From the NCBI GenBank assembly GCA_035431765.1, contig DAOMJL010000017.1:1-44986 (forward strand): a DNA stretch of 44,986 bases, read 5' to 3'. The number at the start of each line of letters is the position of its first letter. Positions within the stretch are counted from its first letter, which is position 1. This document shows, in pieces, positions 39,311-44,986 of this stretch. The DNA comes from Spirochaetota bacterium. Lineage in GTDB: Bacteria; Spirochaetota; UBA4802; JAGODF01. The position numbers and the translations under genes were made by a program. The notes under the pieces were generated by a model. That model did not search any database. It saw only the letters and a program-made list of their open reading frames with translations, and was not told the DNA's origin.

Positions 39311-40666
39311 ATGGCAAACGTAGTTGTCAATATTTTCAAGATCCCTGAATTGCGGAAAAAAGTACTTTTCACACTTTTTATATTGATTATCTATAGAATT
39401 GGTGCACATATCCCAATTCCTGGAATTAATGGTGACGCGTTGCTTGAGTATTTCCAGCGTGCTGCGAGTGCTGGATCTGCAGGTGCTGCGGGAAGAGGTC
39501 TTGTCGATTTTTTTGATCTCTTTGCGGGTGGTGCTCTCAAGCGCTTCACTATATTTGCATTAGGAATTATGCCATATATTTCTGCATCAATTATAATGCA
39601 ATTGTTGACGGTTGTTATCCCCTCCCTTGAAAGAATCTCGAAGGAAGGGCCGGAAGGTCAGAAAAAAATTAATCAGTATACACGTTATGGAACTGTTGTA
39701 CTCTGTGCAGCGCAATCCTATGGATTAACAATCTGGATGAAGAGTATGCCGCGAGTTGTTCCAAGTGATTCTGGTATTTGGTTTGCAATAACTGCAGTTA
39801 TGGCGATAACCACAGGGACCATGGTTCTTATGTGGTTTGGTGATATCATCACCGAAAGAGGAATTGGGAATGGTATTTCTCTTTTAATTTTCGCAGGTAT
39901 TGTTGTTCGAGTGCCATCTGCATTAGTTGCTACCGCTACAAGTATTGAGGAGCCGATTCTTTTTATTATATTATTGTTTATTTTTGTTTTAGTTGTTGCC
40001 GCATCGATACTGTTGACCTTGGGTACTAGAAGAATACCAGTCCAATATGGAAAACGAGTTGTTGGAAGACGTATGGTGCAAATGACATCTCAGGCAATTC
40101 CTTTGAGAGTAAATGCTGCAGGTGTTATACCAATAATATTTGCTTCATCGGTTATTTTGTTCCCGACACAAATCGGAAGCATTATGAGCAATGTTTTTAG
40201 TGGAAATCAGGGAGTTGGTTATCAGTTTTTTATATATTTGCAGACATGGTTGCAGCCGGGTCATATCGTATACATGATATTTTACAGCGCTCTTATTGTA
40301 TTTTTCTGCTATTTTTATACTGCCATTCAGTTTAATCCTGTTGACATAGCAGACAACCTGAAAAAGTATGGTGGATTCATACCAGGAATTAGACCGGGGA
40401 AGAATACTTCAGATCATATAATGAAGATTCTAAACAGAATAACCTTGCCGGGATCAATTTTTCTTGCAATGATTGCAATTGTACCTGATATTATTATCAG
40501 GATGTGGCCTACCGTTAATCCGGAAATGGCGTATCTCTTTGGCGGTACTTCACTTCTTATTATTGTTGGAGTTGCACTTGATACCTTGAAGCAGATTGAA
40601 TCACAGTTGCTAATGAGACATTATGATGGATTTTTTAAAAAGGGTAAAATTCGGGCAAGAAAGTAA
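39311..40666 (+). CDS. secY: preprotein translocase subunit SecY
   Basis: 451 aa, 10-TM pattern. PELRKK.LFTL..L..YR.G..IP.PGI...FALGIMPYISASIIMQLL...GGT.LLI.VGVALDT..QIE. Confidence 0.97.
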   Translation: MANVVVNIFKIPELRKKVLFTLFILIIYRIGAHIPIPGINGDALLEYFQRAASAGSAGAAGRGLVDFFDLFAGGALKRFTIFALGIMPYISASIIMQLLTVVIPSLERISKEGPEGQKKINQYTRYGTVVLCAAQSYGLTIWMKSMPRVVPSDSGIWFAITAVMAITTGTMVLMWFGDIITERGIGNGISLLIFAGIVVRVPSALVATATSIEEPILFIILLFIFVLVVAASILLTLGTRRIPVQYGKRVVGRRMVQMTSQAIPLRVNAAGVIPIIFASSVILFPTQIGSIMSNVFSGNQGVGYQFFIYLQTWLQPGHIVYMIFYSALIVFFCYFYTAIQFNPVDIADNLKKYGGFIPGIRPGKNTSDHIMKILNRITLPGSIFLAMIAIVPDIIIRMWPTVNPEMAYLFGGTSLLIIVGVALDTLKQIESQLLMRHYDGFFKKGKIRARK

Positions 40667-40702
40667 AATTCATGGTTAATATTTTACATTGAAGATTCAA
40701 AA

Positions 40703-41452
40703 TTGAGTATATATATTTATAATGATGAGGAAATTCGGGCGATTGAAGAATCATGTCGGAAAACTTCATCGGTATTAAAAGAGCTTGAGAAGATTATTGA
40801 TGTTGGTGTTTCAACGTTTGAGCTTGATAAATTTGCAAAAGATTATATAATAAAACAGGGTGGTAACCCGGCTTTTCTCGGTTATCAGGGATTTCCAGGA
40901 GCGTTGTGTACATCGGTAAATGAGGTTGTTGTTCATGGAATACCGGATAGATACTCAAAGCTTAAAAGTGGTGATATTATCGGTATTGATGTAGGTGTTT
41001 ATTATAAAGGTTTTTTTGGTGATGCTGCAAAAACTTTTATTGTGGGAAAGGTAAGCCGCGAAACTGAGTTACTGTTGAAGGTTACTGAGGAATCTCTTTT
41101 TAAAGGTATTGAGCAGTGCATCGTGGGCAATAGGATTTCTGATATTTCCCATGCAGTTGAAAGTCATGTTTCCAAGTTTGGTTTTTCACCCGTGAGGGAG
41201 TTTGTCGGTCATGGGATAGGGAAGACTCTTCATGAGGAACCGACAATACCAAATTTTGGCAACCCCGGAAAAGGTGCACGAATTACTGAAGGAATGGTAT
41301 TTGCAATTGAACCGATGATTAATATCGGAACACATCGTGTTAAAGTCCTTAATGATGGGTGGACTGTTGTGACGGAAGATGCAAAATTGTCAGCCCACTT
41401 TGAACATACTGTCGCAATTGTTGAAGGAAAAGCAAAAATATTAACATTGTAA
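40703..41452 (+). CDS. map: methionine aminopeptidase type I
   Basis: 249 aa. Metal-ligand context FHGIPD-like VVHGIPD, DVGV.Y.G..GD, GHGIG...HE.P and EPM...G, FEHT. An apparent TTG start (40703) is the only in-frame start that keeps the conserved N-terminus. The RBS is weak. Confidence 0.9.
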   Translation: MSIYIYNDEEIRAIEESCRKTSSVLKELEKIIDVGVSTFELDKFAKDYIIKQGGNPAFLGYQGFPGALCTSVNEVVVHGIPDRYSKLKSGDIIGIDVGVYYKGFFGDAAKTFIVGKVSRETELLLKVTEESLFKGIEQCIVGNRISDISHAVESHVSKFGFSPVREFVGHGIGKTLHEEPTIPNFGNPGKGARITEGMVFAIEPMINIGTHRVKVLNDGWTVVTEDAKLSAHFEHTVAIVEGKAKILTL

Positions 41453-41485
41453 CAATGTCTAATGTGATTATTTCAAGAAGGTATT

Positions 41486-41704
41486 ATGGCAAAGGAAGAA
41501 CCAATCGAAGTTGAAGGAATCGTGGTTGAGCCGCTTCCTAATGCAATGTTTAGAGTAAAACTCGAAAACGGTCATATGGTGTTAGCCCATATTTCCGGGA
41601 AAATGAGAATGCATTATATACGAATTCTTCCAGGCGATAAAGTGACTGTGGAATTGTCCCCATATGATTTAAGCAGGGGTAGGATTACTTATCGATCAAA
41701 ATAG
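41486..41704 (+). CDS. infA: translation initiation factor IF-1
   Basis: 72 aa. [60 protein letters not shown]. Confidence 0.98.
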   Translation: MAKEEPIEVEGIVVEPLPNAMFRVKLENGHMVLAHISGKMRMHYIRILPGDKVTVELSPYDLSRGRITYRSK

Positions 41705-41727
41705 CTGGGTGGTATCAAGAGGATATT

Positions 41728-41856
41728 ATGAAAGTTAGAGTATCAGTGAAAAAAATATGCAGCGAATGTAAAGTTATCAAACGTCATGGCGTCGTTCGTG
41801 TAATATGCAAGAACCCTCGTCATAAACAACGTCAGAAGATTAGAACTATCAAGTAG
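41728..41856 (+). CDS. rpmJ: 50S ribosomal protein L36 (Cys3His form, extended C-terminus)
   Basis: Below the track cutoff; hand translation [42 protein letters not shown] (42 aa). It reads past the usual ...KQRQG end by about 5 residues. Confidence 0.9.
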   Translation: MKVRVSVKKICSECKVIKRHGVVRVICKNPRHKQRQKIRTIK

Positions 41857-41871
41857 GATCAGAGGTTATAT

Positions 41872-42240
41872 ATGGCACGTATATCTGGTGTAGATCTACC
41901 GAACAATAAAAGAATTGAGATAGCATTGACTTATATTTATGGTATTGGTCTGACATCTTCAAAAAAAATTATATCTGAAACGGGGATTGATCCTGACAAG
42001 AGAGTAAAAGATCTTGTTGATGAGGAAATCAACTCCATCAGAAAGGTAATTGAAAGATTGTTAAAGGTTGAAGGTGATCTTCGGACGGAAATCGCAATGA
42101 ATATCAAGCGATTAATGGATATTGGATGTTACCGGGGAATACGACATAGAAGGGGCTTGCCGGTCCGTGGACAAAATACAAAGAATAATGCCCGAACGCG
42201 AAAAGGTAACCGAAAACCGCTTCTGAGTAAGAAAAAATAG
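41872..42240 (+). CDS. rpsM: 30S ribosomal protein S13
   Basis: [23 protein letters not shown]...S..I.........RV.DL...E......I.....VEGDLR.E....[30 protein letters not shown]. Confidence 0.98.
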   Translation: MARISGVDLPNNKRIEIALTYIYGIGLTSSKKIISETGIDPDKRVKDLVDEEINSIRKVIERLLKVEGDLRTEIAMNIKRLMDIGCYRGIRHRRGLPVRGQNTKNNARTRKGNRKPLLSKKK

Positions 42241-42260
42241 GGTGATAATGAGGTAATCAG

Positions 42261-42647
42261 GTGAAACAAAAGAGAACCAAGAAAAAAGACAAAAAGAATG
42301 TACCTGTAGGTAAAGCATTTATACAGGCTACTTATAATAATACAATTATAACTTTGACCGACATTCAGGGTAATGTTGTTTCATGGGCGTCATCAGGTGG
42401 TGAGGGTTTCCGTGGGTCAAGGAAGTCAACTCCTTTTGCAGCGCAGATGGCGGCTAAGGTTGCAGCACAGAAAGCTATGGATACTGCAGGCATGAAAACT
42501 GTTGAAGTTCTTGTGAAGGGGCCGGGCATTGGGCGTGAGGCTGCAATAAGATCGCTGCAGCAGACCGGTTTGAATATATCGAAAATTAAAGATGTTACGC
42601 CAATTCCGCATAACGGTTGTCGGCCGCCCAAAAGAAGAAGAGTATAA
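42261..42647 (+). CDS. rpsK: 30S ribosomal protein S11
   Basis: GTG start 6 nt after [21 protein letters not shown]...[18 protein letters not shown]......A...G.K.V.V.VKGPG.GREAAIR.L...[21 protein letters not shown]. Confidence 0.97.
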   Translation: MKQKRTKKKDKKNVPVGKAFIQATYNNTIITLTDIQGNVVSWASSGGEGFRGSRKSTPFAAQMAAKVAAQKAMDTAGMKTVEVLVKGPGIGREAAIRSLQQTGLNISKIKDVTPIPHNGCRPPKRRRV

Positions 42648-42662
42648 GGAAGCGAGGATATT

Positions 42663-43292
42663 ATGGCAAAATATACAGGACCATCCTGCAAATTATGTAG
42701 ACGAGAAATGGTGCCTCTGATGTTGAAAGGGCAGAGATGTTTGACGGATAAATGTGCGATTAAAAAGAGAAAATTTCCTCCCGGACCTCCCAAGAAAAGA
42801 CGGACGAAGCTTTCGGACTACGGTGTCCAGCTGCGGGAAAAACAGCGAATTAAACGAACTTATGGATTGCTGGAAGGTCAATTTCGAAGGAATTTTGTTG
42901 ATGCGACTCGGATGAAAGGTGTTACAGGCTCTAATATGCTTTCACTTCTTGAGAGAAGACTTGATAATGTAGTGTACCGGATGGGATTCGCATCATCAAG
43001 AATGCAGTCACGCCAGTTTGTACAGCATAGTCATGTTTTAGTTGACGGAGGGATTGTCAATATTCCTTCATATAGAGTAAAAGAAGGTATGGTAGTTCAG
43101 ATTCGGGATTCATTTAAAGAAAATGTAATGCTTGAAGATTCTGTAAAACTTTCAAAGGCAGTTAGCTCTGTCCCGTCATGGATTGAGGTTGATCACGAAA
43201 ATAAAAGTGGAAAGGTTGTTCGAATGCCTGAACGGGCTGATATCACTGATAGTTTCAATGAGCAGCTTGTAGTTGAGCTTTACTCGAAATAA
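42663..43292 (+). CDS. rpsD: 30S ribosomal protein S4 (Cys4 N-terminal form)
   Basis: MAKYTGPSCKLCRRE...L.LKG.RC...KCA...R...PG, S4 domain LE.RLDNVVYR.GFA.SR..ARQ.V.H.H. 209 aa. Confidence 0.97.
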   Translation: MAKYTGPSCKLCRREMVPLMLKGQRCLTDKCAIKKRKFPPGPPKKRRTKLSDYGVQLREKQRIKRTYGLLEGQFRRNFVDATRMKGVTGSNMLSLLERRLDNVVYRMGFASSRMQSRQFVQHSHVLVDGGIVNIPSYRVKEGMVVQIRDSFKENVMLEDSVKLSKAVSSVPSWIEVDHENKSGKVVRMPERADITDSFNEQLVVELYSK

Positions 43293-43350
43293 TTATTTTA
43301 TCGATACTATCAGAATAATGTTTTCGTGCTAAATATTTATGGAGGATAGA

Positions 43351-44313
43351 ATGGCGCCGAGGAACCTATTAAAAGGGTTTAAGAGACCTAACAAAATCGT
43401 ATTTGAACACGATGAACTGCATGATAATTATGGTAAATTCATTGCGGAACCTTTCGAAAAAGGGTACGGCTTAACAGTTGGTAATTCGCTGAGACGTGTT
43501 CTTTTGTCGTCAATTGAAGGCGCTGCTATTACTGCAATTAAAATTGAGGGTGTTCCTCATGAATTTTTTGCCATTGAAGGGGTTTATGAGGACGTAACAA
43601 GGATTATTCTAAATCTGAAAAAGCTTCGTATACAATATGAAGGCGAACTTCAGAAAGTAATCCATATTGTTAAAGAAGGTCCGGGAGAATTGAAGGGTGA
43701 AGATTTTGATGTTGATCCAGACATTAAAATAATGAATCCGGACATTAAAATTGCTACTCTTAACGAAGATGCAAAAATTGATATGGAAGTTGAAATTCAG
43801 CGTGGAAGGGGTTATGTTCCGGCAGAATTAAATAAAAGCATAACAGAAGCCGTTAGTGTAATTCCAATTGATGCGTTGTTTTCCCCGGTTGATAAAGTCA
43901 ATATTAAAATTGAAGACACGCGTGTTGGACAGCGAACTGATTATGATAAATTGATTATTGAAATATGGACTGACGGTTCTATTACCCCTGATGATGCATT
44001 AGCGCATGCGGCGAAGATAATTAAAGACCACATGACCATCTTCATAAACTTTGAAGAGGATGTTGAAGAAGAAGCGGAAGTTGTGGATGAAAATATTGAA
44101 AAAATGAAAGTGCTTCTTTCAAAGTCTATTGATGAGCTTGAGCTTTTCGTTCGTTCATATAACACATTGAAGAGCCTGGATATATCAATGCTTGAGCAGC
44201 TTGTACAGAAAACAGAAGAAGAATTGAAAAAATCAAAGCACTATAGTGAAAGTGTGCTTAAAGAGATTAAAGAGAAACTCGAAGCGTTACACCTGAGTTT
44301 AGGTTTAAAATGA
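43351..44313 (+). CDS. rpoA: DNA-directed RNA polymerase subunit alpha
   Basis: G.F..EP.E.GYG.T.GN.LRR.LLSS..GAA.T...I.GV.HEF..I.GV.EDV..I.LNLK. C-terminal domain IDELELFVRSYNTLK. GGAGG (43341-45) sits 5 nt before ATG 43351; ATG 43339 is also possible. Confidence 0.95.
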   Translation: MAPRNLLKGFKRPNKIVFEHDELHDNYGKFIAEPFEKGYGLTVGNSLRRVLLSSIEGAAITAIKIEGVPHEFFAIEGVYEDVTRIILNLKKLRIQYEGELQKVIHIVKEGPGELKGEDFDVDPDIKIMNPDIKIATLNEDAKIDMEVEIQRGRGYVPAELNKSITEAVSVIPIDALFSPVDKVNIKIEDTRVGQRTDYDKLIIEIWTDGSITPDDALAHAAKIIKDHMTIFINFEEDVEEEAEVVDENIEKMKVLLSKSIDELELFVRSYNTLKSLDISMLEQLVQKTEEELKKSKHYSESVLKEIKEKLEALHLSLGLK

Positions 44314-44332
44314 TAGGTAGAGGGATTTCAGG

Positions 44333-44806
44333 ATGAGACACAGAAGCGGCGTTAAACAACTTGGCAGAACCCATTCTCATCGGAAAGCTATGTTTGCGAA
44401 TATGGCAACATCACTTTTTGAGAATGAAAGGATAGTAACGACAAAGCAAAAAGCGAAGGAATTGAAGAAAATATCAGAACGTCTTATTACGAGGGCAAAG
44501 AGAAATCTTGATATTCCTGAAGAAGAAGTCGGGAAACGTCTTCATAATAAAAGAATAATTATGAAAACAATCAACAATAGGGATATAATTCGGAAGCTTT
44601 TTGATGATATAGCACCGCGTTTTAAGGGAAGAAATGGTGGATATACAAGAATATATCTTCTTGGTGACAGGAGAGCCGGTGATGCTGCCGAGATGGCAAT
44701 GATAGAACTTGTTGAAAGGAAAAGTATTGAAAAGGCAGCCCCTGCTGTGGATGGTGAAAAGAAAGAGAAGAGAAAATTATTCAAGAAAGAAAAGAAAGAA
44801 AAATAG
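44333..44806 (+). CDS. rplQ: 50S ribosomal protein L17 (Lys-rich C-terminal tail)
   Basis: MRHRSGVKQLGRT.SHRKAM..NMA.SL...ERI.TT..KAKEL......LIT.AK...GGYTRI..LG.R.GD.A.MA.IELV. About 35 extra residues at the end (EKKEKRKLFKKEKKEK). Confidence 0.96.
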   Translation: MRHRSGVKQLGRTHSHRKAMFANMATSLFENERIVTTKQKAKELKKISERLITRAKRNLDIPEEEVGKRLHNKRIIMKTINNRDIIRKLFDDIAPRFKGRNGGYTRIYLLGDRRAGDAAEMAMIELVERKSIEKAAPAVDGEKKEKRKLFKKEKKEK

Positions 44807-44824
44807 CATTTATGTATAATGATT

Positions 44825-44855
44825 AAAAAACCCCACGAAAGTGGGGTTTTTTTTT
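44825..44855. terminator. bidirectional rho-independent terminator
   Basis: A6-CCCCAC (44831-36), loop GAAA, GTGGGG (44841-46), then T9 (44847-55). The A run and T run flanking the stem allow termination from both directions. Confidence 0.9.
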
Positions 44856-44873
44856 GTATTTGTTATATTAAAT

Positions 44874-44986
44874 TTACTTAGCTTGAGTGGTGTCAGTTGC
44901 TTTTGATTGCTCCTGGGCTGGTTGTTGAGTAGTCTCTTCTTCTGCTTCATATTGAATTGTTGGGCCCTTGGGGAATCCTTCAGGAA
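44874..44986 (-). CDS. 3' end of a convergent gene (partial, unknown product)
   Basis: The minus-strand frame is open from the window edge to TAA (44876-44874). It translates to PEGFPKGPTIQYEAEEETTQQPAQEQSKATDTTQAK* and faces the bidirectional terminator. Too short to identify. Confidence 0.3.
   Translation of the reverse strand, partial: PEGFPKGPTIQYEAEEETTQQPAQEQSKATDTTQAK

Noticed and set aside
40667-40702. adk is absent between secY and map.
   Set aside because: The secY-map-infA-rpmJ order without adk is a known arrangement in several bacterial lineages. It is not evidence of a deletion or rearrangement here.

Overview
This 45-kb window comes from a moderately AT-rich diderm bacterium (LolCD and RlpA-SPOR are present). 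I cannot assign the phylum from sequence alone.

About 13.2-44.9 kb is the conserved transcription/translation supercluster, all on the + strand: tRNA-Thr(GGU), rpmG, secE, nusG, rplKAJL, rpoBC, rpsL, rpsG, fusA, tuf, then the S10, spc and alpha operons through rplQ. It ends in a strong bidirectional terminator. There is no adk between secY and map.

The first 13 kb is accessory or housekeeping:
- two small membrane proteins
- a co-oriented trio of a GMC flavoprotein, a Gfo/Idh/MocA oxidoreductase and a 107-aa Cys-rich protein
- an orphan 365-aa protein with a PilZ-like C-terminus
- a minus-strand TPP riboswitch driving an archaeal-type thiamin pair (ThiD-ThiN fusion plus Thi4)
- lolC/E-lolD, a beta-CASP metallo-beta-lactamase RNase-like protein, and an RlpA/SPOR lipoprotein

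I found no CRISPR array, transposase, integrase or obvious defence genes, and I cannot point to a convincingly novel multi-gene system.

The items most worth a second look are:
- the riboswitch-controlled archaeal-type thiDN-thi4 module, whose Thi4 has no Cys next to the GHD motif
- the Cys-rich heptad protein attached to the two oxidoreductases
- the PilZ-like orphan
- a Cys4 insertion in EF-Tu, together with uniformly Cys-containing (zinc-type) ribosomal proteins
- unusually structured spacers that break up the normally compact rplJ-rplL and rpsG-fusA junctions

All functional calls rest on motif recognition and gene order by eye. No database search was run.
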